From contig NC_073389.1 of NCBI RefSeq assembly GCF_028641065.1, positions 27,900,001-27,964,000 on the forward strand: a DNA stretch of 64,000 nt, in the 5' to 3' direction. Under the pieces are notes generated by a model. It made no database searches. It worked only from the letters and a program-made list of their open reading frames with translations, and was not told the DNA's origin. The translations under genes and the position numbers were made by a program. Source of the DNA: Leucoraja erinacea. Its lineage: Eukaryota. How positions within the stretch are numbered: position 1 is the stretch's first letter; each line of letters opens with the position of its first letter. Below are positions 1-12,091 of the stretch, in pieces.

Positions 1-124
1 CAAGTTTCCACACTGTATGACTCTACTATAACTGCATGACATAGGTTTTGGTTTATTATTGTCACGTGAACCAATGTTTTGTATGTTTCCAATCAGATCA
101 GATAATACCATATGTAGATTTGGA

Positions 125-415
125 ACGGCGCAGTGGTAGAGTCGCTGCCTCACAGTGCAAGAGGCCCAGGTTCGATCCTGACCTTGGGTGCTGTCTGCAC
201 GTTCTCCCTGTGAACATGTGGGTTTTCTCTGGGTGCTCTGGTTCCCTCCCACACAAGAAGTGCAGATTTGTTGGTTAATTGGCTTCTGTAAATTGCCCCT
301 AGTGTGTAGGATGTGAAACTGGGACAACATAGAACCAGTGTACGGGTGATTGTTGGTCAGCACAGACAAGGTAGGCTGAAGCCCTGTTTACATGCTGTAT
401 CCCTAAACTAAACTA
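125..415 (+). mobile_element. HE1-like tRNA-derived V-SINE
   Basis: A/B-box head (ggcgcagtggtagag..ggttcgatcc), V-domain core, CR1-like tail, (CTAAA)n. Confidence 0.85.
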
Positions 416-1372
416 AAAATGCAATCAAGTCAAAATGTCGACAAACCAGCCACACTTTGTCTTGTCTCTCCTTTCTCCCAGCTTTATTTCCTTCAACCCC
501 CCACCCCCCCCCTCCCCACACCCTGTCATTCCTGCTACTCTTCTACTCTTTGACCGTGTTCATCTCCAGACTTTGTCCTCCCATTTGCCAATCAAACCCA
601 CACCCTCAGATGTATTCACTTATCACACGCCAGGCTTTGCCCTGTCCCTTCTCTCATCCAGCTTTCTCCCCTATCCCCACCACCACAATCAGCCTGAAGA
701 AGGGTATCGATACAAAATGTCCTAACCATATACTCCACAGTTTTATGTTTTGTTTATTGTCAGGTACAGCGAAAAGCTTTTGTTGTTGCGTGCTATCCAA
801 TCAGCGGAAAGACTATATATGATTATAATCGAGCCTCCACAGCGTACGGATACAGGATAAGGGGAATAGCGTTTCGTGCAAGATAAAGTCCAGTAAAGTT
901 TGATTAAAGATAGTCGGAGGGTCTCCATTGAGGTAGATGGAAGGTCAGGACCGCTCGCTAGTTGGTGAGAGGATGGTTCAATTGCCTGATCGCCGCCCCA
1001 TTAGGTATGTGGGTATATGAATGCTAAATATATTGATCTAAATTTCTTAATTTGAAAGGGAAGGTGTTGATATCTCTGCTAATAGATTTATGCATTAATG
1101 GATCGATGTTCATGCTGTGGTTTTTAAAGCTTTTTAAAATGAAGAGTGCCAAGTGGTGTGCACAGAAACAGCTCTGTGGGCTGTTTCTCCTCGGGGTAAT
1201 GCAAAATTCCATCTCATCTTTATTTTCCATATGTTTTTCTCGCTTGTTTTCCAAGCCTGCTGTGTAGATCTTTAATCCAAGAACATTGTGTTGAGCGGTC
1301 TCTATAATGAGGTTCAATATGTCGCAAAACCATCTCGCGGAATTAAACATATTTACAAACACAGAACAGTTT

Positions 1373-1637
1373 TGGGTGGCACAGTGGCACAGAGGTAGAG
1401 TTGCGATCCTGACTATGGGTGCTGTCTGTATGGAGTTTGCACGTTCTCCTTGTGACTGCATGGGTTCTCTCCCGGAGATCCAGTTTCCTCCCACATTCCA
1501 AAATGAGCATTTTTTCAGGTGAATTTGCTGCTGTAAATTGTCCCTCGTGTTTAGGGTAGAACTAGTGTACAGGATAATTGTTGGTCAGCGTGACCTCAGT
1601 GGGCTGAAGGTCCTAGTTCCACACTGTATCTCTAAAC
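1373..1637 (+). mobile_element. HE1-like SINE (part of a duplication of 35780-36235)
   Basis: Same head/core/tail. Confidence 0.8.
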
Positions 1638-2631
1638 TTGAGCACCAGCGCTCTTCAGATACTCAAACAGGGGCATGTCATGTCAGCATAATGCGACATC
1701 TTGTGTAAAATCCGCATTGAAATATAGTTATTAAATAATCCGCTGCCAACCCCTCAGTGCCACACAGTATATGTCAGGAGGTCACAGAGAGGTTAAGATG
1801 GGCTAGTGTGTAGGATAGAGCTGGTGTAAAGATGATTGCCGGTCGGCAGAGACATGTCGGGCTGGAGGTCCTTTTTCTGCACGGTATCTAAACTCTAAAG
1901 TAAAAAGTGCAGCACAGAACAAGCCTCCAGCCCACAATGTCTGTGCCAAACATGATGCCAAGATAAACTAATCAGCTTTATGATGGCAGCTCATTGAGTC
2001 TATAAAGACTGGCCATCTGCATCATCTACACATTTAAACCGTTTGGAACATAGAACAGTACAGCACCAGAACGGGCCCTTCAGCCCACAATGTCTGCGCT
2101 GAGCATGATGTCAAGACCGTTACATATTTACCTGCATCAATCCATTCCCTGCAAGCCCAGGTGCCTATCCAAACGCCACTATCCCATGTGCCTCCACTAC
2201 CACCCCTACCAATGCGTTCCAAGCACCCACCACCGTCTGCGTAAATAAAAACTTGCCCTCCTTTAAACTGTGCCCCTCACACCTTAAAACTCTTCCCCCT
2301 AGTATTTGAGTTAAACATCCTGGGAAAAATATTCAGTCTACCCTATCTATGCCTCTCGTCATTTTCTATTACTTTTTGAGTCAGGGTGATAAAGAGATAT
2401 AGGACGAAACAGGCCATTCGGCCCATCGAGTCCACACCCGGCCATTGACCACCCAGTTACACTAATTCTATATTAAACTCCTTGTTTTATTCTCCTCATA
2501 TATTCCTCAACTCCCCCCGAGATTTTATCACTCATCTACACACTCTCGGCATTTTATTGTGGTCATTTAACCCATCAACTTGAATGTCTTTGAGACAATG
2601 GGAATATCGAGACAACCATTAGGTCACAGGG

Positions 2632-3604
2632 CAGCTGCCTGCCCTTTTTCCGGGGTTACGTCCGTGCCCGGGTGGGGTTAGAAAGGGAATACGCCCTGTC
2701 TACGGGCACCCTGAGGGACCGCTGGGCTCCGCAGGGTGTTGAATGTATCCTCAATAAGGATTCAAGATTCAAGATTCAAGATTCAATTTAATTGTCATTT
2801 GGACCCCTTGAGGTCCAAACGAAATGCCGTTTCTGCAGCCATACATTACAAACAAATAGACCCAAGACACAACATAATTTACATAAACATCCATCACATC
2901 GCTGTGATGGAAGGCCAAAAAAAATTATCTCTCCACTGCACTCCCCCCCCCCCCCCCCCCGATGTCAGAGTCAAAGTCAAAGCCACCGGCTGGCGATGGC
3001 GATTGTCCAGCGGCCATTAAAGCCACGCCGGGTGATGCGAGGTCGCACACCAGGCCTTGGTGTTAGAGCCCCCGGCGTGCGCTCGCAGAGTCCCGCGGCC
3101 ATTCCAAGCCGCGAGGGGCGGTGCTGTATGGCCCCGCTCCAGGAGCTCTTCAACCCCGCAACTCGGGCGGGAGAAGTCGCCGTTGCGAGAGCCCTGAAAA
3201 GCGGTCTCCCTCCAGGGACCCACGGGCTCCCGGTGCCGCCGTCCGCCACACCCGCAGTTGCAGCCTCCGAATCTCCGGAGGTCGGGCCGCAGCAGCAGCA
3301 GCGCTCCACCACCGCTTCACCCACTCCGGACTCGGCCAGCCCCGCGACGGTGAGGTGAGTCGTCGGCAACAGAGTCCCCGGTCTTCTCCTGTTGGAGGCC
3401 GCTCCTCGTTGCAGCCCCAACGACAACGGAGACCCGACAAGAAAAGGTCGGGCGGATTGTGCTTGGATTGTAGCATAGTTTGTATAGTCGTTTATTATGG
3501 ATACATGTTTGTATTGTATTATGGTGGTGGGTTCTGGCTTGTTTTATTGTAGTGTAAATATTATTTTTAATAATTGAATACATTTTTTGATTAAAAAAAA
3601 AAAA
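2632..3604 (+). mobile_element. Tx1-like LINE 3' end with poly(A), inserted in a SINE, itself interrupted at ~2759-3450
   Basis: CLPFFRGYVRARVGLEREYALSTGT..DRWAPQGVECIL C-terminus; A-tail 3593-3605; imperfect 14-bp TSD 2618-2631 / 3605-3618. Confidence 0.75.
2759..3450 (-). mobile_element. GC-rich non-autonomous retroposon with tandem-repeat tail (Rex1/Babar-like, uncertain)
   Basis: (GATTCAA)n tail; same family as 42948-43192; related ends at 30470-31212, 31588-31975, 37521-37888. Confidence 0.6.
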
Positions 3605-4611
3605 ATTTGGTCGCAGGGAGAACGTGCAAACGTCCACATAGGCAGCACCCAAGATCAGGATTGAACCTTGGTTCCCTGGTGCTGTGAAGCAGCAGCTCTA
3701 TTAGGATGGGTTTATTATTGTCACATGTTCTGAGATACGGTGAAAAGCTTTTGTTTGTGTGCTATGCAATTAAATCAGAGTTTGGACAAATTTGGATTGT
3801 TTTCTCTGAGACACGAGGTTGAGGAGAGATCTAAAATTATGAGAAGCATTGGTAAAGCAGACAGTCAGAACCTTTTTCGATCCTAACCACGGGGGCTGTC
3901 TTTACAGAGATTGCACATTCTCCCTGTAACCGCGCGTTTTTCTCCAAGTGCTCCAGTTTCCTCTCACATCCCAAAGATGTGCAGGTCTGCAGGTTAATTG
4001 TTTTTTGTAAATTGTCCCCAATGTATAAGATAGAACTTGTGTGAACAGGTACACAAAAATGTATTGGAGAGAATAAACACGCCTAGTGCACACAACTAGT
4101 GTCCGACTAGTTTTTGGCTGGACTCCTGCGAGTCCCCACTACAATGCAAGTGAATGGTCTTTATTATATCTACAACATCGTGACAAATATCTGAACATAA
4201 TGTTATAAATGTTGCCTTTTCTGAAATTGTCATATCTCTAAACTAAACCAAATCTCTATGCATTGGAAGGAACTGCTGGTGCTGATTTATACTGAAGATA
4301 GACACAAAGTGCTGGAGTTACCCAGTAGGTCAGGCAGCATCTTTGGGAAAAAAGAGCAGACTTGGTCTGAACTGAGTCAGACTTCAGTATGAAGAAGGTG
4401 TCCGATACAAAACATCACCTATTCTTTTTCTCCATGGATGCAGCCTGGCCCACTGAGTTACTCCAGCTCTGTGTGTCTAAACTAAATCTCTACTAGCTAT
4501 GTCACTGTGCTGCCCAAAGTTTAGCTATCATTGAATCTCGTACAGTCTCTGTTCATTCAATAATTGTTTATAATATGTTCTATTGACCATCCCCATTCTG
4601 TTCCCTCCCAG

Positions 4612-5019
4612 TTATTCCAGATACTCTCCGTGCAACATCTGTAGCCCAGGAGCTGAATAAAGTGGAGGGAGATTCGCTGGAGCTGGTGTGCGAGGTCTCT
4701 GAGCAGACGCCGTACCACACGCACGTGGCCGTCACGTGGTATCTCCAGAAGGCAGATCAGAGTCTCAAGGTCATCTCACTGACCCGGGATTTCATCCTAC
4801 GTTCCGGAGAGTCGTACAGGCAGAGGCAGACATCGGGCGATGTCCGACTGGACAAAACTGGAGCCACGTCCTACAGACTCACCATCTACAGACTTCAACC
4901 GTTTGACCAGGGGACCTTCTACTGTGAGGCCAGAGAGTGGATTCAAGACCCAGATAAATCCTGGTACACCATAGCCACCAAGCCCTCCGATAGGACCACT
5001 GTCAACGTAAAAGCCACCG
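4612..5019 (+). CDS. IGSF3: IGSF3 exon, Ig-V domain 2 (VIPDTL...CEAREWIQDPD...VKAT)
   Basis: Polypyrimidine tract + cag acceptor (4609-4611), donor G|gtaagg at 5020; 408 bp, phase 1-1; Ig Cys-Trp-Cys with EWI motif; matches recalled vertebrate IGSF3 domain 2. Confidence 0.95.
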
Positions 5020-6287
5020 GTAAGGCATTGTTTTAGAATGATTATTCCTCAAAAAGGTACATCAAAATCACTATTGCCAAAGTCTGAAACAATAGGGTAT
5101 AGAGAAGGGTCCCGACCTGAAATCAGATCTAAGAGGATCAAAGAGTATGGGTGTCAGAGGTTATGGGGAGGGCAGGAGAATGGGGTTGAGAGGGAAAGGT
5201 AGATCAGCTGTGAATGAATGGCGGAATAGACTCGATGGGCCGAATGGCCCAATTCTGCTCCTATAACTTATGAACTTATGAAGAGTTGCTAATTATTAAG
5301 CTAGAAGAGGAAATGTAGGTGGAAGGGGAGAGAACGAGGTGTTGGGTCCAATCAATCATTTTGTCTCATACCTTCTGTATTTTTTATCTCTGGTCTTTAT
5401 CTTACTGTCTGCCAATCACAAAATCCTCCTCACCTGTATCCACCTGTTACCTACCGGGCCTTGTCCTGCCCCTCCTGGTCATCTTTGGTCTGAATAAGGG
5501 TACCGACCCAAAACATCACCTCCTTTTCTCCAGAGCCTAATCTGTTGAATTACTGCAACACTTTGTGTCCTTTTGTGCAAACCAGCATGTACAGTTCCTT
5601 GCTTGTGCATTTTGAATGTTCAAGTAAGTCTTGGCCAATCACAGGCTTCATTTTTAGAGTGTTACAGCATGGAAACGGGCCCTTCAGCCCGTCTTGCCCG
5701 TGACAACCATGATGCCTCCATTAGTGTAGGAAGGAACTGCAATTGCCAGTTTATACTGAAGATAGACACAAAATGCTGGTCAGGCAGCATCCCTGGAGAA
5801 AAGGAACAGGTGATGTTTTGGGCCTGAACCTTTCTTCAGCATAAAAGTAGAGCAGGGGGACCTGGAGATAGGAAAAGGCAGGAACAAATCAAAGCTGGTA
5901 ATAAGATGACCAAGGAAGGGTGGAGCCCATAATGGCCCATTTGTTGGCTGGGGAAGAGGTGATAACGTCTGCCTCCACTCGTCCCAGCTACCTGCATTTA
6001 GTCTGAATAGAAACATAGAAAATAGGTGCAGGAGGAGGCCGTTCGGCCCTTCGAGCCAGCGCCGCCATTCATTGTGATCATGGCTGATCGCCCCCAATCA
6101 GTAACCCGTGCCTGCTTTCTCCCCATATCCCTTGGTTCCACTAGCCCCTAGAGCTCCATCTAACTATCCTTCTAAACTCTATCCTCCTAAACTTTTCCTA
6201 TTCATGTATCCTGCCTTTTAGTTGTAAATCTTGACCCTAGGATTCTCAAGCAGTCACCGTTAAATGTATGTCTGTGTTTTGTTACAG

Positions 6288-6677
6288 ATAAGAACTTCAG
6301 TGTTCATTTGGAGAATGAAAAGAAAGTCTTCACGGTAGGAGAGAGCTTGGAGTTGAGGTGTGTCCTTGTGGCTCAGAATATACAGGACCGATATTTCTCA
6401 GTGTTGTGGATTTATAACGGCACGCAAATCGTCAATATTGGCCGCAATGCCGTGCCAACGGTCCATGCTGACTACACAACCAGAGAGCGTTTGGGATATA
6501 TAAGGTTTGCAAAAGAGACTGATACAACATATCTGCTGAAGATCTACCACCTTCAGGTGGGAGATAGTGGCAAGTATCACTGTCGGGCCACTGAGCATGA
6601 GAGGACGGTGACAGGAGATTTCATCGGCAGAGACACGAACAAATCTACGAAACATTTAATAATTGTGCTGCCTGTCA
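6288..6677 (+). CDS. IGSF3: IGSF3 exon, Ig domain 3 (DKNFSVHLENEK...IIVLPV)
   Basis: ttacag acceptor, A|gtaagt donor, 390 bp; DRYFSVLW, LKIYHL..DSGKY.CR.TE..RTVTG.FI as in IGSF3. Confidence 0.95.
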
Positions 6678-6749
6678 GTAAGTAACTGTTCAAAATTGTT
6701 AATCCACCCTTGCAGATTTTCTCCTGAAACCTGCCTCTATAACTCCTTC

Positions 6750-7592
6750 CTCAACTACATCCAGGGACTCCCGACAGCCCTTTCAGATGAGGCAGGGGTT
6801 CACTTGCACCTCTTCCAACCTCACCCACTGTATTCGCTGTATCGGCGAGACCAAGCACGGACTGGGCGATCGTTTCGCTTAACACTAACGCTCAGTCCGC
6901 CTTTACCTACGTGATCTCCCATTTGCCAAACATTTTAACTCCCCTTCCTGTTCCCATACTGACTTTTCTATCCTGGGTCTCATCCATAGTCAGAATGAGG
7001 CCACATGGAAATTGGAGGAACAGCACCTCATTTTTCGCTTTGGCAGCTTACACCCCAGCGGTATGAAAATTGACTTCTCTAATTTGAAGTAACCCTTGCA
7101 TTCCCTCTCTCCCCATCCCTCCCTATCCCTCCCTCACCCTAGTCGAAGTGCTAGTTTTACTGTTCATATCCCTTCTGTAAATAGCCAAAGAATACAATCT
7201 GTAGTTCAAGATCATCTTTAATCAGTATTCATCTTATAGCGGTACAGCAGGTTGTTAGTTGTTAGATCATCGTGACCGCTTCCAAGATTGACTAGTGTAG
7301 GAAGTGGGTGTTAGTATAAATTGTACAGTAGGGTGAGATTAGTGATGCTATTCTACTATGATTGGTTCTCATGCATAAACCAATCTACACCTTCATTATC
7401 ACCTCTTCCACAGCCAACAATGGACCATTGTGAGCTCCACTTTTCCTTGGTCATGGGTGCCGGCTCTGATTTCTTCTGAACCATTTCATACCTCTAGTTT
7501 ACCTCTCCCCGAAGAAGGGTCTCGACCCAAATCATCACCTATTTATTTTCTCCAAAGGTGCTGCCTGACCCACTGAGTTATTCCAGCATTTT
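6750..7592 (+). mobile_element. Penelope-like element 3' part: GIY-YIG endonuclease remnant + pseudo-LTR
   Basis: Translates to IGETKHGLGDRFA.H.RSV...AKHFNSPS.SHTD..ILGL...KLEEQHLIFRFGSLHPSGMKIDFSNL*; followed by the pLTR motif gaagaagggtctcgaccc...gctgcctgacccactgagt. Confidence 0.85.
7176..7389. mobile_element. solo LTR (214 bp)
   Basis: TGTA...TACA termini, 5-bp TSD ccttc 7171-7175 / 7390-7394; CCAAT and ATTAAA on the minus strand. Confidence 0.8.
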
Positions 7593-8966
7593 ATAGGAGA
7601 AGAATTAGGCCATTCGGCCCATCAAGTCTACTCCACAATTAAATCAATCATGGGATCATCCTTCCCTCTCAACCCCATTCTCATGACTTCTCCCCATAAC
7701 CCCTGACACTCTTACTAATCAAGAATCTGTCAATCTCCACCATTAAAACATCCATTGACCTGCCCTCCATAGCCTTCCGTGGCAAGGAATTCCACAAGTT
7801 TAGAGGTACAGAGTGGAAACAGGCCCTGTGGCCCACCATGCCCTCGCTGACCATCAATCACCCATTCACACTAGTCCTATGTTATCCCACTTTCTCATCC
7901 ACTCCCCTCTACACACTGGGGGGGCAATTTTCAGAGGCCAATTAACTTACAAACCTGCATGTTTTTGGGATGCGGGAGGAAACCGGAGCACCCGGAATAA
8001 AAACAAACAATCCAGTACTTTTTTTCTTGTTTAAAGTGGGAATTGATAGTGAAATGTCCCTGTGGGGAGATAAGCCCAAAGGAAAGTGTTCACCCATCCG
8101 CAACGACAATATATTCTTTCCAACTGTAATTATTCACGGTCAGCGCAAAAGTCAGTTTCTATAGGTAACTCTGCGTTTGCGATAACCTGACACTTAATCT
8201 TCGAGAGGAACTAATTGGGGATGGGATCGCCACAGGGTCAAACTGGAGTTCTCTAACGTTGGAAATCATGTGGGCTGACCCATCATATCAGGTCTCCAGG
8301 CAGTACAAAGTGCACACATTGTAGCTGGAACGATGAAGCATTTTATCTCCAGTAACATTCTGTTTTTCACAAATCAGACAATTTTGAAAACAGAATTATC
8401 ATCCTCAAAATGGTGTCTTTTCAATATATATGTGCAAAATGTGCAGATATTTAGACTAGTCCCGTTGTAGTTACCAAGGACTTAGAGAAATAGCATCATA
8501 TTTGCCCCAGATTTTTGGCAGTTCTTGGTTTTATCTGACATCAGTTTTCTTTACCTGCTATTCTCCCATCGTCAAGACCCCCATTCCCTTTTATCCCTCC
8601 TCTTCCCGCAAATAGCGTCATAGAGCCATGCAGCGTGGAAACATGCCCAACTTTCCCATGCCGAGCAACATGTCCCATCTACACTGATCCCACCTGCCTG
8701 CATTTGGCCCATATCCCTCTGAACCTATCCTATCCATGTACCTGTCGAAATGTTTCTACAATGTTGTGATAGTACCTGCCTCGACTATTTCCTCTGGCAG
8801 CTCGTTCCATACAACCACCACCCTTTGTGTAAAATGTTAATTTACATTTGTCTGTCTCCCCCTTCCCCTGTCCCCTTCCACCCATATCCCTGCCTCCAGC
8901 TTTACATTTCACTCTGCTTATCTGGCGCCCTTTTGTCTCCTTTAAACCTCCGGCCTTTGTCACTTA

Positions 8967-9607
8967 AGGGCCTGTCCCACTTGGGCGTCATTTACGAGAT
9001 ATAATTTACGTGTCGTGACCAGTGCCGGATTTAGATGAAGAGAGGCCCTAAGCTGTTCCACTTGTGAGGCCCCCAACGACCGGACAGCCATGGCGGCCAA
9101 ATCTCCCACAATTCAAAGCGAGGGAGAAAGTGCCCAGCGCCGACCAGTTGCCGTTGCAGTGCGCATGCGCAGGGCGGCCGATGATGTGCTGGCCGTGGTT
9201 GTGCGCATGTGCAAGGCGGCCTGCCGTGCCAGCGGATGAGGAGCGAGCGGAGCCCGGCGGGGGGAGATGGAGAGAGAGAGATAGAGAGGGGGGCCGCCCA
9301 GAGTTGAACGGTAGGTGTTCTGCCTTGGCCGGAGGCCCCCCAAGACCTCGAGGCCCATCACTTTTTTCGGGGGGGGGGGCCCCTAGAAAGTGGGGGCCCT
9401 AAGCTATAGCTTGTTTAGCTTATACGTAAATCCGGCACTGGTCGTGACGTGCGCATGGCATGCATGATGCGCGTTTGGCGCGTGGTGTGGCGTGGAGGCG
9501 TATGTAATGACGCACGGTAGCGCGCAGCGCCCCAAGATTTTGGGATGCTCAAATCCTCGCACGCCACCCACGTGACGCGCAAATGACGCCCAAGTGGGAC
9601 AGGCCCT
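8967..9607. mobile_element. PIF/Harbinger-type MITE
   Basis: 27-bp perfect TIR agggcctgtcccacttgggcgtcattt, TTA TSD (8964-8966 / 9608-9610). Confidence 0.88.
9020..9440. mobile_element. hAT-type MITE nested in the Harbinger MITE
   Basis: 14-bp perfect TIR cagtgccggattta, 8-bp TSD gtcgtgac (9012-9019 / 9441-9448). Confidence 0.9.
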
Positions 9608-11003
9608 TTATTCCACTCATCTGCCATTTAATGTCCCTCTCACCTGTATCCACCTGTCACTTTCCAGGCTTTGTCCTGCCCCCACCTCTCTTTTCCCAGC
9701 TTTCTCCTCCTCCCCACTCTGAAGAAGGGTCCTGATCTGATATGTCATTCGTCCATTCCCTCCACAGATGCTGCCTGACCCTCTGAGTTCCTCCAGCACT
9801 TTGTGCTTTGCTCCAAAATAAAACAAGATGATATGTATTTTGTGTTCATTACCAATGGCAGAAAATTCAAACTGGACAGATTTTGAAAAAGAAAAACATT
9901 GTTTCAGACACTTCGGAAAAGTAATAGCATTTCTTCAGAGTATTGGCACCTCGCCAACTCCAATCATAGAAAAATTATTTTAGGAACAATAAGTAATTAA
10001 ATCAATCATTCTGCTTTCAACTGACACAATTAAACAAATCTTTCAAGCAGTATTAGTAGTAAAATTAATTAATTACTATCAAATTTTAAAATGCGCTCAT
10101 CAAAAATCTACGCCGTTGCTTATTTTGCAAAACTAGATACAGATCTCACCCAGAAAACTCATTTTTAAGTAATTAGTGGATTTACTTGGCTACAATTCCC
10201 ATAAAATCCAAAACATTGGTTTTTATGATGTGAAACAAGTGGCACCTTCCCCATCCCTGCTATTCCTTACATATCCATTTACCTATCTAAAAGCCTCTTA
10301 AATACCACAATCGTACTTGCCTCTGCCACCACGCTTGGCCGCACGTTCCAGGCATCCACCACTCTCTTTGTTTAAAAAAAAACTATCCCCTCATCTCAGA
10401 GACCCAGGTTCAATCTGTACAGTTTGGACGTTCTCTACGTCCGAGTGAGTTTTCTCCGGACGCTTCGGTTTCCTCCCAAATTCATACAGGTTTGGAGGTT
10501 TATTGACTGGCAAAGATTATATATTTTTTAATAGTCTGATGGTTGTTGGGACGAAGCTATTATTGAACCTGGTGATCACGGTTTTCATGCTCCTGTACCT
10601 TCTTCTTGATGGTAGGATTGAAATGTGAACATGTCCAGGGTGGTGGGGGTCTCTGATGATGCTGGCTGCCTTTTTGAGCTAACGACTCCAATAGATCCCT
10701 TCGATGGTGGGGTGGTCAGTACCCACGATGGACAAGGCAGTGTCCATCTCCTTCAGCATTGAGCGTGGGAGGGAGACATTTTCAAACTTCTGTACATTTT
10801 GCCTGATGGGAGAGGGGAGAGGAGGGAGGGACCGGGTGCGACTGGTGTTTGAATATGGCGGTGGCTTTGTCGAGGCAGCGTGGTGTAGATGGACTCGATC
10901 AAAGGGAGGATAATGGAAAGGAATTGGGGAGCAAGCTGGTGGGTCTTGAAGGCTTGTTTTGCCAATGCTACCAGTTGTACTAATGGTGTTCTGTATTCTC
11001 CAG

Positions 11004-11405
11004 AGAGTAGTTTGAACGTGACTGTCACCAGTAACACCACCAAAGTTTTGGAGGGCGGCATGCTTCAGTTTGTATGCAATGTTAATTTGCCGATCGGCAA
11101 CCACAATCGCCTCTCCATCACCTGGCAGATGATCAACAAGCGGGGTCAGGCCATTGACGTTATCAGCCGGGAACAGGACGGGACCCAAGTCATTGATACA
11201 TCGTACCACAAGCGGGGGGCCAGCGGAGACCTCAGGCTGGTCAAACAAGGGCCGGGCTCCTTTGTGTTGCAGCTCCACAATGCAGCGGTGTCGGATGACG
11301 GAGAGTATATCTGCACCATGGCCGAGTGGATCTCAAGCGCGGCCAGAGATTGGCAGCGGGTCGGGAAGCAATCGGCCCGCATCGGTGCAGTGGTTACTCC
11401 ACTTG
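11004..11405 (+). CDS. IGSF3: IGSF3 exon, Ig domain 4 (KSSLNVTV...CTMAEWIS...VTPL)
   Basis: ttctccag acceptor, G|gtaagt donor, 402 bp, EWI motif. Confidence 0.93.
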
Positions 11406-11524
11406 GTAAGTGTCAGCACCAAAGACCTGAGAACTGAAAATATCTGTGATATGAAATGATATGAAATGAAAATATCTAGCATGGAATGAACATTGACTTC
11501 TCCAGTTTTAGGTAACCTCTAACA

Positions 11525-11800
11525 AGGTGGTGGCACAGTGGCGCAGCAGTAGAGCTGCTGCCTTACAATGCCAGAGGCCTGGTTTTGATCCTGACAACGG
11601 GTGCTGGCTGTACGGTGTTTATACGTTCTCCCCGTGACTGCGTGGGTTTTCCCCAGGTGCTCAGGTTTCCTCCCACACTCCAAAGACGTGTGATCTTTGA
11701 CCAAAAAGGTTGTAGGTTAATTGGCCTTGGTAAAAATTGTACATTGCCCCTTGTGTGTAGGATAGGGCTAGTATACTTGGGTGATCAATGGTCGGCGTGG
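11525..11800 (+). mobile_element. HE1-like SINE
   Basis: Same head/core. Confidence 0.8.
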
Positions 11801-11947
11801 TCGGTTATTTTCGGGTTTGGGTTGGGACCTTTCTACAAACTCATGTTAAAGCCGGCACTGGATGAGAGAGGTGCTTTGTAAAGGCAGCAATAGATTTGGG
11901 GAAAAATAGAAACAAGGAACGGCAGATGGTAGTATACAAGAAAAGGC

Positions 11948-12091
11948 ACAAAGTGCTGAAGTAACTCAGCGGGTCAGGCAGCATCTCTGGAGAACATGGA
12001 TAGGTGATTTTTCTAGTCCCCACCCAAAACGTCACCTATCCATGTTCTCCAGTGATCCTGCCTGACCCGCTGAGTTACACCAGCACTTTGT
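11948..12091. repeat. fold-back (palindromic) Penelope pLTR derivative; others ~4299-4478, 38954-39119, 43425-43575, 62017-62150, 62830-62980
   Basis: Arms acaaagtgctg.agtaactcagcgggtcaggcagcatctctggagaacatggataggtga and its reverse complement. Confidence 0.75.

Noticed and set aside
125-185. tRNA genes
   Set aside because: tRNA-like A/B boxes are SINE heads continuing into the V-domain and LINE tail; no intact cloverleaf is evident
2792-3552. Overlapping long ORFs on both strands
   Set aside because: GC-rich repeat with few stops; low-complexity translations
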